Assembly: GCF_011386835.1 (NCBI RefSeq)
Contig: NC_088801.1
Location: 74,214,001 to 74,278,000, forward strand
Direction: 5' to 3'
Source of the DNA: Chrysemys picta bellii
Taxonomy: Eukaryota
DNA: 64,000 nucleotides
In this document: piece after piece, positions 12,642 through 24,343 of the stretch
Layout of the letters: each line of letters begins with the position of its first letter
Numbering within the stretch: position 1 is the stretch's first letter
The notes under the pieces: generated by a model
What the model was told of the DNA's origin: nothing
Database searches by the model: none
What the model saw: the letters and a program-made list of their open reading frames with translations, nothing else
Made by a program: the position numbers and the translations under genes

Positions 12642-13334
12642 TGTGAACAATTCCCCTTGGCCCTGAGCGCCCCCTTATGGCTGGGCACTGTAATGCCAGG
12701 GTTAAGATCCTATTTCCTGCTGTAGAGTCTTTAAGAGCCTGAGAGGGGGGTCTCTAGTCTTTGGGACTGGTTTATTACAAAAACATAGTGCAAATAATCC
12801 ATAGCAAATGTCCCAACACATACACTGTCCATTCATCTCCCCCACTGCATATAGTCCTTAAAATGTTAGGATGTCTAGTTCATCAGTGTAGCACACACCA
12901 TGCCCTGGCATCTTCTACCACATCTGGGCTATTTGGTCCTTTTCTGTCCTTCTGCTGGCTGGAGCGCAACCCTACTCTTCCCAGGAGGAACTCTTCATCT
13001 TCTCTACTGGGAGTTCATCCTCACTCCCCCTATTCCATTATCATCTCATCAGCTGGTAGACCTTTCCCTGGCTCCCCTGACCCTCAGCCCTCTCTGGCCC
13101 TCAGCTCCAGCTTGGAAGTCAGCAGGCAAACCTCCTCCACTGCTCTTCTTCCTTCAGTCTCCCCTCAGGAACCTCCTACAGCTTTTTTCATGGATCTCCC
13201 CCACTCTGCTCTTCCCTGATCCTCTTTAGACACAGGTGTGTCTCTGCCCTCTTAACTGGCCAATCTGGGAGAACATGTACTAGGAAAAAAGGCTCTTGAC
13301 CTGCTTCATTTAAAGGGTGAGCCAACCTGTGACA
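12642..13334 (-). mobile_element. Solo LTR (693 bp)
   Basis: TG...CA termini. Perfect 5-bp TSD ATACC (12637-12641, 13335-13339). AATAAA on the minus strand near its 3' end. Confidence 0.88.
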
Positions 13335-13589
13335 ATACCACACTTGGGGAAAGGGGGAACACCCAACCTTTGCCATTTCCAAAGCTATCAAAAAGCTCTC
13401 CCCTCCACTTTGGAGGATTCATTAGGATTGAATGGGTCAGTGTGTGTAGGATCACTCTAAAAAGAAGCCATCCACTCTGTAATAGGTGTGGTTCACAAAA
13501 ACCAGAAAGAAATCACATTGTATTGACTATTAATTTTGCTGGGAAAGTGAAATATCACTCGGAATACAGTCCCTGATGAAGCCAGCACC

Positions 13590-13608
13590 GGGGGGGGGGG
13601 GGGGGGGG
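13590..13608 (+). repeat. Poly-G tract (19 G)
   Basis: Direct count. Confidence 0.9.
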
Positions 13609-13813
13609 AATACAGATTCTGATACCTTTATCCACACTCAGTAGTATTATACTCCTCGAGTAGTCCCACTGACTGCAGTACTTGTAGAGTAAGGTACTAC
13701 TCAGCATAAGTTAAGGGGACCAGAATCGGGTTAGCGCTATATAAGAGCTAGGTATTATTATTAGACTAGTGAAGGCAAGGATGTAGTATCTGTAGTCACA
13801 TTACCTAAAGGTA

Positions 13814-13992
13814 GGCAGTGTGGCCTAGTGGATAGGGCACTAGACTGGGACTCAGGAGATTGGGGCTCTGTTCCTGGCTCTGCCACTGGCCTGATTAGGC
13901 AAGTTACTTACCCTCTCTGTGCCTCAGTTTCCCCATCTGTAGACCAGCGATAATGATACTGACCTCCTTTGGGAAGCGTTTTAAGATCTACT
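13814..13992 (+). mobile_element. MIR/CORE-like SINE with tRNA-like head
   Basis: ggcagtgtggcctagtggatagggcactagactgggactcaggag head, plus CORE motif tgtgcctcagtttccccatctgta. Confidence 0.75.
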
Positions 13993-14662
13993 GTAGTGTC
14001 TAAAAATTCCAGAGCAGACACACTCAAAGACCATCTCAGAGATGGTGGGAAGTGTCTTTGTACGGTGAAGTCAGGGAGGTGCCTATGGCTAATTTCAACT
14101 GTATCACACATACTGTATGTCAGCATAGCTTCCTTGACAGCCTGTCACGCCCCACATAAGGTTAAGCTCCTTGCTGGAGCTGACCCCAGTCAGGCACTCT
14201 GGAGGCATTACTGTCTTGGGAGGATCCACCCTTCAGATGAGACAGGAATATTCACCAGCCAGCACTTGCTCTTTGGCAGAGATGGATGGGTCTTACGCAA
14301 ACATCTGCAGCTGGTGGACGAGATTACGGAGGTCACGTGAGGAGCTCTAGCTGTATCTGCATGTTATCAACGTGATACACGTATACCTTGGAGAACAGAG
14401 CAAGATAAAGTACAATCTGTCAGTCAAGCTCGCTGCGGGAGGAACAGCACGTGAGACCCTGCAAGGAATGTTCCGTGCAGGAGATTTTGTGCAGCTTCAG
14501 CACATCATTGTCTTCATCACTCTGCGTGCTTCCTCCTCTCCTATTCTTACTGGGATTATTTTTCCAGATGATTTGGGCAATAATTCATAGCTATGCTATA
14601 GAGGCTGCCTTGTATCTACTAGATTGTATCATCTAAACCAAACCCTGATTGGTATTATTCAT

Positions 14663-14957
14663 TACAGCTAGTCAAAACGGTTTGCCCTTGGAAAATGCCA
14701 GTTCAACCACAACAAAACGTTTCACGGGAACCTACCGATTTAATCAAAATTTTGACTGGAAATGATCAAACTTTCATTTTGACGCATGTACGTTATAGAT
14801 TATGACAGTCAAAATGTGTCAGTAAGGTTGAAACAAAAATATTTCAGAATATTTCATTCTGGGACAAATTCTGAGATTTTCAAAACTTCTTGTTCCAATT
14901 TGAGACTAAACCAAATTTTGAAATTTCAGGAACATCCAATGGGAAATTCCAGGTCTA
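14663..14957. mobile_element. Ancient AT-rich hAT MITE (TAGAGCTGG family)
   Basis: Degenerate TIRs TACAGCTAGTC / CCAGGTCTA. Flanks TTATTCAT / TAATTTAT match at 6 of 8. Confidence 0.5.
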
Positions 14958-16028
14958 TAATTTATCTTGTGCTACAGCCCAGAGTTTCCAAGCCAGGCTG
15001 AGCTGCTATTGTGCTAGAACTGGACGCATATAGAGACGGTCCCCGCTCTGAAGCATTTACATAGGCAACAGACAAAGGGCGAGAGGGGGTGGGGGAAAGA
15101 GGCAAACTGACTTCTTGCCCAAGGTCTCCCAGCAGATCAGTGTCAGAGGTAGGAATAGACCCCACTTCTTCTGGCACATAGTCCTGTGCCTTACCCACTA
15201 AACCACAAATCTACAATGCGTTACTGACAATGCCCGCCCAAGAACATTTTCTTGGTGATACGGGGCGCAGACTAAATATGGAAAAAGGTTATTCCTGTTT
15301 ATCCTGCAGAATGGTACAAAACACAGACAACACCTGCATTCTGATGCCATGTGCGGCAAAAATTAGGCATGTGGGAACTGGTTCATATCGTGAGCCAACC
15401 CAGGGCTTCACCCCACCCTCTAACCCAATATGATCCATCCATTGCCCAAGGTTCCATAATGTCCCTCACTGTTTCTCCCATTACTGGTTTTATTTGTGCT
15501 CTTCCTTGGGTCCCGTCCCGCTCCAGCAGTGAAGCTGTCAATGTACTGTAAGAAATACTGCTCTTGGGATATCCCCAGCCTGACCAGCAGCAGGACATAA
15601 TGATGAGAGTGTTTCCACTGGAAAACAGTCCCTCCTTATTAAACCGAACCCTACCTTTTGGGGGCAGTGCAGGGAAGGTCTGGGAGGGATGCTCTCTCAA
15701 AGCACACACTGTCCCTTTCCAGCATTGCTTTAATAAGTGGAACAATTAGGCACGGCATGCACATGCTCCATTAGTTAAGCTGACTATTTGGGCAGATGGG
15801 TAACACATCAGAGAGCTCTGCACATCTGGCCGATGTTGCCAGCTGAGCTCGGGGTCGGAGAATGCCCTTGTTTGGGGGTTCAGCATAAATCCTGCAGGAT
15901 CCCGAGCTGAACTGCATTGCAGAACAGCCCACACATTGAGATGGGTTATGCGTAATCCACCGTCCTGCTAGTGCAGTATGTGACTCTCTACTGTAAAACG
16001 TTAATTTGATATAAAGATTGTTGGCAGT

Positions 16029-16220
16029 GGGTCCCGGGATATGAGAGAGACAAGGTGGGTGAGGTAATAACTTGTATTGGACCAACTTCAGTTAGTGGAA
16101 GGTACAAATAACATTCTGGTTACCTCCCCCAGACCTAAAGAAGAGTCGCGGGACTTGAAAGCTTATTACCTTCCACCATCAGAAATGGGTCCAATAAACA
16201 ATATTCCCTCACCTATCTTG
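16029..16220 (+). mobile_element. Penelope-like terminal palindrome, second family (degraded)
   Basis: gagagagacaaggtgggtgaggtaat..tattggaccaacttc / gggtccaataaa..attccctcacctatcttg inverted arms. Decayed core ctaaagaagag..ttgaaagctt. Confidence 0.65.
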
Positions 16221-17356
16221 ATCAAAAGCTGTGCTTTTAGTATTTGCCCAAGACACTTTGCTGTAAACGAAACATATGGACGTAGCAATTTCAAAGGCAA
16301 TGAACTGCTCTCAGTCAGATTATAGATGACCTGAGAGAACTCAAACCAAGATTACAAAACTAATTTTCAAGTTGGCAGCATTGAATTATACAAGCCGGTA
16401 TCGGCATGTGCCAATAAAACCTTTACACTCACACCCCTTTAGCATGTATTCGGCATATGCCACATATTTTACAGGAAAGCTAGACGGTTTAGCGTTGTAA
16501 AAAAATGGTAACAATACATCTTTGAAAATCCTTCGGACTGTAAAGTCAGGTGCCTTAGTGACAATGCAGCCTACTGTACAGGCCTCAGAGGGAGGGGAAA
16601 GTTATAATGGATACATTTTAGAATCTTCTGAAAATGACCTGGAATCGCTTTCCCTTTCCATACGTCACAATGTAAGCAGTTTAAAATCAAATACCTCTGA
16701 ACCTACAGGAGCAAGAGTTTAATCCTATCAGAGCACCTGGTTTTAACTCTGAGGACTCGCGAGATAACAGAGCTTCGACCAGACGCTAGCACAGGACTGA
16801 GTCTTGCCCTTCCTGGGCTTTGAGCGAGAGTCAGTTGGGGCTGGAAGGTGGGCCGTGACATTTGGGGAGCAGAGAAAGAAACATTTCTCTGGAGGATTTT
16901 ATTATTATTCTTAGATTGTAATTATCTGAAAGATGCTCAAAGGTTTAACAAGTTAGAATAAGTCCCCAGGTGGGGCTCTGGGATGTGTTAGTACAAGTTA
17001 TATTAGAGTGCAGGTTAGGCAGATAAAGGTGTCTGACCAGTTCTGTCAGGACACTGACTGCCATTTCACACATATGCTGTCCTGTGGATCCCAGGACATC
17101 AATGGGGCTATCCCCCGTCCATTCCATAGGGTGAGACAACCCCTCAGAGATGCCAGGAGCAGAAAATCCCTAGGTTCTTTGGGTAATTTCAGTTCTCTGG
17201 CCAATGTTTCTGTAGGTGACTGTGAACTAACAAATCTGCTCATTGAAGGGAGAATCGGCGTTTGTAAACATCGCACAGCAAGAAAAACATCCACGCTGAG
17301 CTATTTATTTTATATCGCTGTGCAATTAGTCTGTTGTGTGGAAAGCACCGGAAGCA

Positions 17357-17451
17357 CAGGTTGAAGAAGAGCTCGGTAAGTTTGAAAGTTTGTCTCTCTC
17401 ACCAACAGAAGTTGGTCCAATAAAAGACATTACCTCACCCACCTTATTTCT
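17357..17451 (+). mobile_element. Penelope-like terminus, second family (degraded)
   Basis: tgaagaagagctc..tgaaagtttgtctctctcaccaacagaagttggtccaataaaagacattacctcacccacctt. Matches 35971-36066. Confidence 0.7.
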
Positions 17452-18764
17452 GTTATGACAGACTGCAGAAACATTTAACGTCCTAAATAACCCTGTGAGT
17501 GATACGGTTGCTATTTGATGAACTGGCTTTGACGGGTAGGAGCTAACTTCTAGCAAGGGACCAAAACAAACCCCTGTGAAACCTAACACCTAAAGATTTT
17601 TATTTTTAAATATTCGTTCAGAGAGTTGAACACTCTGTCCATATGGGAGCCGTCAATTCTGCCATTTCTATTGCTGCTACACCAAGCTATGCAAGAACTG
17701 AACTGTTCCTTTATTTACTCTCATTGCTTTGTGCTGTAACTTGGAAGAATATCTATTAAAACTGAATGAAAGTCAAACATATTAATTAATGTAATAACTG
17801 ATTCATTGGATTGTAGGTTCTTTGGAATTGAAATGAAATATTACAGTTTAATTTTTCTGAAGGAAAACCAACATTTTCAGCAAAATCAAAATTTCCCTGT
17901 AGAAAATTTCAGTTTTGCAGAAATTGAATTTTCTATATGAAGTCATTTAGATGGAAAATTCCTGACCAACTCAACAGCTGAGTTATTTTGATGCAAGTTT
18001 ATGTGTAGACCAGCTAATAGTCAGTTAAACTATCTGCAAAAATTGATTTCTGTACAAGTTCTCCATGGTAGACACATGCTTTCTAATGGGTCTCAGAGCT
18101 CAGTTTGAACACACTGTTATAGTTGCATTGTTCACTCATGGTTAAGGAATAGTTCTCATAAGCTTATAGGTCACTTTGGATGACAGCTGCCTTAAAATAT
18201 TAGGCATCTGAGACAATGCTGCAAATGCATGGAAATGAATAATTTAAACACCTGATCCTATAATCCTACTCACATGAGCAATCTTTACTAAGACCAGCAG
18301 AACAAATGAGCAAAGCTCATTAAAGTCAGTAAAAATCTTTCCACTGATTTCCATGAACTTTGGATCAGAGTCATGGAGTTCATGGGACCGCTTAGAGTGT
18401 TCCAGGATTGGGCTCTAAATCTTTAATATTTTTGCACAGCATGGTGCAGTAGGATAATATTCAGGCAACTGAGACGCGGTAGTGCCCACACATTCCAGAT
18501 CACTTCCAGTTCTTTTTTCCTAAATTCCTTAATGTCAAATGATGGAATTGCTGTAACTAGTTCTCTGATAGTAAATTACCATGCCTCCGTGAAGAGATGC
18601 CAGTTATGTCATACAAAGACATATTTATAATATGTGAAACAACAATAAAAATTCTCATTAAAAATTATATGAAATCCACACACAGCACTGGCTCAGCAAA
18701 TCATTTTTAAAACTCCACATTACAATCCTGTTTGACCTACCCCCGTTCCCACCATTCAGAAATA

Positions 18765-19115
18765 CAATGGCAACTAGTCTATAATATACGAGGGCCAGGT
18801 ACTGCTAAAGGAGGCTGTGATGCAGCACAAGGACTAGAAGCTCAGCTGTATCTTGGTATTGGTAGCAGAGTTATGGTGAAAACAAACTCGTGGCTAGAAA
18901 AAAAGACAGGTCAATGGTGCTCTTGGTATGGTTACTGACATAGTGTATGAACCAGGGTGCAAACCACTGGCAGACATGCCCGTAGTAGTTTGTGTAGTAT
19001 TCGATAGATACGCAGGACTGAATTTTAAAAATATAGTACCCATGTCATCAATTACGTGCTGCTTAAAGACCAGCATAGGTTGCTCTAGGAGCCAATTTTC
19101 TTGTAAAATTGCTAG
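18765..19115 (+). pseudogene. Fragment of a transposon-type (Helitron/Helentron-like) PIF1 helicase
   Basis: Two frames joined by one frameshift in the A-run near 18898-18904: GPGTAKGGCDAAQGLEAQLYLGIGSRVMVKTNSWLEK / VNGALGMVTDIVYEPGCKPLADMPVVVCVVFDRYAG...VPMSSIT...CSRSQF. This matches the PIF1 'GL...L.L..G.RVM...N.W...GLVNG..G.V.DI.Y' block that precedes 'QFPL.LA.A.T.HK.QG'. Confidence 0.8.
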
Positions 19116-19139
19116 AGGTTATAGTCTACCCAGAATATC

Positions 19140-19888
19140 CACACCCACCCAGGAACCAAACCCTGTAACAAACCCCGGTGCCAACTCTGTCCACATATCT
19201 ATTCAAGGGACACCATCATAGCCACATCAGCCACACCGTCAGGGGCTGGTTCACCTGCACATCTACCAATGTGATATATGCCATCATGTGCCAGCAATGC
19301 CCCTCTGCCATGTATATTGGCCAAACCGGACAGTCTCTACGCAAAAGAATAAATGGACACGAATCTGACATCAGGAATCATAACATTCAAAAACCAGTAG
19401 GAGAACACTTCAATCTCTCTGGTCTCTCAGTAACAGACCTATAAGTGGCAATTCTTCAACAACAAAAACTTCAAAGACAGACTCCAACATGAAGCTGCAG
19501 AACTGGAATTAATTTGCAGACTGGATACCATCAGATTAGGCCTGAATAAAGACTGGGAGTGGATGGGTCGTTACAAAACCTAAACCTAATTTCCCCAATA
19601 CTAATTTCTCCCTACTGTTACTCACACCTTCTTGTCAACTGTCTGTAATGGGCCACGCTCTTACCACTTCAAAAGTTATTTTTCCTCCCTTGGTATCTTG
19701 CTGTTAATTAATTTATCTCATTAGACTGACCTCACACTTGGTAAAGCAACCCCCATCCTTTCATATATTTCTACCTGCTCCTGTATTTTCCACTCCATGC
19801 ATCTAATGAAGTGGGTTCTAGCCCACAAAAGCTTATGCCCAAATAAATGTGTTAGTCTCTAAGATGCCACAGGGACTCCTTGTTGTTT
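19140..19888 (+). mobile_element. 5'-truncated Penelope-like retroelement: GIY-YIG endonuclease region plus 3' terminal repeat
   Basis: PCNKPRCQLCPHIY (alternate frame), then FTCTSTNVIYAIMCQQCPSAMYIGQTGQSLRKRINGH. Stop codon after the ORF. The Cys-rich linker suggests the Neptune group. The terminus at 19799-19838 is a CpG-decayed hammerhead motif. Confidence 0.93.
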
Positions 19889-19990
19889 CACTCTCTGTGG
19901 TTTTTCAAAAAACCCCAAAAGCCATTTGCACTTTAAAAAGTTAGCTATCACACAGAGCTTGGCCTATGTGAGCCACAAAGTGTGTGACCC

Positions 19991-20507
19991 TGTCACAGAG
20001 TGTGGGGGAGTCAGGGGCCTGCACCTGCCACTTCCTGTAATTCACCGTGACTCTCAGCCAGCCAGTTAAACAGAAGGTTTATTAGATGACAGGAACACAG
20101 TCCAAAACAGAGCTTGTAGGTACAGACAACAGGACCCCCTCAGTCAGGTCCATCTTGGGGGGCAGGGACCTGATCCCAACCCCGGGGCTCCCTCCGTTTC
20201 CCCAGACAGCTCCAAACTGAAACTCTCCAGCCCCTCGTCTCTTTCCCGGGCCAAGAGGCCACCTGATCTCTTTGTTTTCCAACACCTTCAGTTGGCACAT
20301 TTGCAGGGGAGGGGCCCAGGTCATCAGTTGCCAGAAGACGGGTGTTGGCCATTCTCTGTGCAGACAGCATCGCACTGGCCCCCTCGGGCTCTGCAACAAG
20401 CACACACCCTTATCCCACCACCTAGATACTTGAGAAATACATAGGGGAAACTGAGGCAGCCACACAGTATTCAGAGAAAACATTAAGAACATTCCCACTT
20501 CGTCACA
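19991..20507 (-). mobile_element. Solo LTR (517 bp)
   Basis: TGTCAC...GTCACA termini. Perfect 5-bp TSD GACCC (19986-19990, 20508-20512). AATAAA on the minus strand. Confidence 0.9.
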
Positions 20508-21505
20508 GACCCTCTCTAGTTTATATTTATGCATAATTAATAATAAAGTCTATTACAGTAACACCCAAAGCCTGTGCTCAGGATGAAGGTCCCATTGTTA
20601 CAGGGGACTTTGCACCCTTCGTGGTGACAGAAATTAAAATTAGTAACTGCTGCCCACCCCTGCCTCTGTCATCTCCATCTATTTTATTCCTTCTGGCTGT
20701 GAGGCCATATTATTCAGTTATAGTCTAAGGCTAGCAGGGACTGCCGTGATCTGACCTCCTATATAAACCAGGCCATAGAATGTCACACTGCAATTCCTGT
20801 ATCAGGTTCATTCCTTTCTACAGAAAAGACAGACTGACCCAACACTTCCTGCAGGGCATCCTAAACATCATCAGCCTTGGGCTATGGCAGATGGTAGGAG
20901 AGAACAAGTTCCACAGCTGAGGGCCCTCCACCCTCTCTGGAGTTCAAGTTAAGGAAAGAAAGCAAGATGCTTACAGCCACATGCAATTGCCATGATGGGA
21001 CAGCAGGGAAAGGCAGATACTAGCCAGGCCCCAGACCATGCCAGCGTATCCAGTTGGGGCATATCAAGTACAGTGGACACACCACCTGATGTTCCAGGAT
21101 CCCGTGTCACTGATATAATTTCCTGCCATGTGTTAGCAGCAGCAAAGAAGAACGGGTTCAATTATCTATGGGTTCCTTTTAAAATTAACAAACCCACCAG
21201 CTCATGCCCCAGAAATCTGGGAAATTATCTTTCCATTGCGCCCTTACCAGGCAATACTTCCCCTCTTGCTAGCACAGAGTCTGCATATGAAACAAGGAAA
21301 CCTTTATTAAGGGAACACAGCATCATCTTGGAAGAACACAGCACCAGTGTATTCATTAAAGCAATCAGTAAAATACCCGCCCTTTGGTATCTCTGGCAGT
21401 GTCCTCACCGCTGTTCCCCACCTGTCACAGTGAACAACCAATGAACAAATCTCCCTTTAACACATTACTTTCCCCATCCCCCTGAACCTCATTCACAGTT
21501 TGTTG

Positions 21506-21683
21506 TCAGTAGTTAGCAAAGTCCCAAGGTCTAGGAGGGAGTTCAGGCAGGTCCATCTCCAGCCCGTAGGGGAACTCTGCCTGGTCTGGTGTGGAGGCTC
21601 CAGCTATAGCAATTTCAGCTTTGTCAGTGCTGGGTAGTGGGGAGGGGGGGTCTCCCCAGAGTTCACTCAGCTCTATTGTTGCC
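21506..21683 (-). CDS. Candidate terminal coding exon of an unannotated 81-aa protein
   Basis: Acceptor tgtacag| is only moderate. Phase 2 matches the preceding exon. Encodes ATIELSELWGDPPSPLPSTDKAEIAIAGASTPDQAEFPYGLEMDLPELPPRPWDFANY*. AATAAA about 200 nt downstream (21303-21308). Confidence 0.5.
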
Positions 21684-22763
21684 CTGTACAATTTCCATAA
21701 AGAACCACTTTCACTTTTTCTTCACAGAATCATGACAGAAGGCATATAGACATCGTGTAAAACTCCCTGCTATCCAGCCCATCCCCCTTACAAGAAGCTC
21801 TTCTGAGCTGTGACCAACCTCCATTACCCAACAGCGCAAGACTTGGGCTTTGTTTAGGGTGACCCCTTAGGGCATATTCAGTACAGTTCTGTTGCCGACT
21901 AGTCACACAATATGGACAACAGCATTTCATTCGCCTGACACCCAAAACTTAAATTTCTTAAGTTTCTAAAGAAAATAGACAAAATGTTCCTACTGGGATG
22001 GTGGGTAACAAACATGCAAATGAAGTTTGGCTCATTGTTTCTTCCCCCAGTTCACCAATAGATGTCAGCAGAGAGTTCCTTCCCTTGAAAGCCACACATT
22101 ACCCTGTCTATACTCCAGTGCTGTGCTGGGGGGCATGTCCCTGGTTTGCACTCCCCCTCCCAGGGAAGGCTGCATCTCAGAGGTGCTGCTTCCATACAGT
22201 TTGTGAGGTGCTTTGGGCTCCTTTAGGATGAAAAGTGCCACTGTCCTGATTCAGGAAAGCATCAGGATACCACTTACACTTAAACCTAAATATGAGCTTA
22301 GGTGCTTTCCTGAATTGGGCCCTAGATAATGTGACATATACTTGTGTAAGCATTCTCTCTCTCTCTCTCTAGTTTTAGGTATCTCAGAGCCTGTCTCTAA
22401 CCTTCTTTGCTTTATCCGTCACTCATTCTTTCCTTCACATATTATAGGATCCAAATACAATAGATTTTTGGTTTTGTGTGGACAACACCAATAAATCCCA
22501 GTTCCGTCTCCCAGGCTCTCTTACTGTGGGTCAGATAGCAGCGAATTCATACCAGGGCTGGGAGTGAAGTATCTTAGTGAGGTCAGTTTCCAAGCTGCAC
22601 AATCCACTTATACACTCTCTGTTACTCACTACTTTGTTCCCTTCAGCCATTTGTCGGTCTTATCACAGCTCAGGCAAAGCTCTCAGGTTTCACCAAGATA
22701 TGGGAAATTCCAATGAGCAACAGCAATGAGACTGGGGTTGCCAAAATGGACTAACACAGTTAC

Positions 22764-22814
22764 CGAAATAAAACTCCCTGCAATGATATCATGGCAGCCA
22801 ACAATAACATAAAT
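22764..22814 (-). CDS. Candidate 51-nt internal coding exon (hydrophobic segment)
   Basis: gtttgtttcag|ATTTATG...TTTCG|gtaact. Phase 2-2. Encodes (G)FMLLLAAMISLQGVLF(R). Confidence 0.55.
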
Positions 22815-23922
22815 CTGAAACAAACTTTATCCACTGGCTGTAGCACGGGGGTAGAGATTTGGCCAGCGCCCCGTGCTCTGAACAGGAAGCTGTAATTTGT
22901 TGGCCATCCAAGTTATAATTAATTCTTTTATTGTCTGGGAATCCTCTTTTATGATGCACAAACTCGCACTGTGTCTGGCCAGCGCTATCCGAGCCAGAAG
23001 AAATAGACAGGTGCTGTCTTCGTTTCCAAATTCATAGGGGCCAGATCCTCAGCTGGCTTGAATCTGCATATAACCATATAAGTCAATATTGATTTACACT
23101 AGCTGTGGATTTGACCTATAGTTTATCTTCCTTCCTGTGTTTCTTTGCCCATACCACAAGACAAACCTAGTTAAAATTATCTTACTATAATAATATAATA
23201 ATAATATTACTATATTATTATGAAAGGGTGTAATATTTTGGACTTGTTTTGACATTGCCTGTGCAACGTAGCTGTTTGTTAACAGCTGACAAAACAGCCT
23301 GCAGTGTTAATGAGAGAAAATCTAATATAATCCAATTCCAAATTGTTTCCATTCAGTTGTCAAAGGTTTTAATTGGTGTCATATTAAAGTAAAGCCAAAA
23401 AGGAGACACAAGGGAAAAGACGCAGTCAAAAGGTAAATTCATCTCTGCCAGGGATTTACTCATACATGATGTTTTAATTTAATTTTGCTTAAAAGAATTT
23501 GTTCAAGTCTTCCCTCAATTAACTTTTGGAGAGGGGCTCAAGCCAGAGGCTGCAATCTGCATGCCCCTGAACTCTGGGGACGTGTCAAATGGAGTTGCAG
23601 GGGATTAACGACAGTTGTGATTTCAAATGGATTCAGCTAAAGCAGTATAACAACATCTTCCCCCCCCAGATCTCAATGGAGACCGCTGGCACTGCTGCCA
23701 TTTTGAAGAGGGAGAAACAACTTGCTCCCTAAGGCAGGAATTGAGGCTCACTCCAGCATCCTAGGCACTAATTGATGCTTTAGCAAACACTGCACCACCT
23801 TAAGTATGACGGTTTATTAAACCCATTTAAAGCGACACCAGTAGAATTCTGGTTATAGACAAGGTGTGAATCTGGATCCCAACTTCACAGTTTGGGCTGT
23901 CTTCAGTCTCTTTTATCTTCAG

Positions 23923-24343
23923 TGGAGCTGGCGAAGAATTTTTTGATAAAACATTTTTTGGTCAAAGAATGCCGAGTCATCCGTAACAAAAGTTTTGGGG
24001 GTAATAGGAGGGTTTGGACAAGTTTCTCAGCTTGAAAAATTGTTGGAAAAAAGTTTTGAAGGTGGCTAAACATCCAGTTTTAACATTTTTAAATGAAAAA
24101 TTCTAGTTTGCCAGTTCAAAATGACTTTCCTTTTTTAATTTTAAGCTATCTAGAGTAAAACAAAAAGACAATCAAAACAAAATGTTCCCATTGACTTGAA
24201 CTGGTTTTTCTTTTTTCCTTTTCAATTTTCAGTTCACGAAAATGTTGAAGATTTTAACTTTTCATTCCGATTCAGGACAGGAAATTTATTCAAAATCCCA
24301 AATATTTTCATGGGATGAGAAAACCATTTCCTTCTGAGCTCTC
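23923..24343. mobile_element. Ancient AT-rich hAT MITE (TAGAGCTGG family)
   Basis: TGGAGCTGG / GAGCTCTC termini. Flanks ATCTTCAG / GTGTTCAG match at 6 of 8. Confidence 0.55.

Noticed and set aside
14400-14600. Protein-like minus-strand frames (ELLPKSSGKIIPVRIGEEEARRVMKTMMC*, STQSDEDNDVLKLHK)
   Set aside because: No convincing acceptor, no phase-compatible partner exon and no recognisable family.
18765-19115. Processed pseudogene of host PIF1
   Set aside because: Motif spacing (RVMVKTNSW..GLVNG..G.VTDIVY..G..P..MP.VV.V.FD.Y.G) fits transposon-borne PIF1 better than the host form as I recall it (QVML.KNL....GLVNGARGVV.GF). A phylogeny is needed to confirm.
21506-21560. Similarity of PPRPWDFANY to otospiralin PYWPFSTSDFWNY
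   Set aside because: Only a few residues match. Otospiralin continues for about 40 more conserved residues, whereas this frame stops. No gene symbol assigned.
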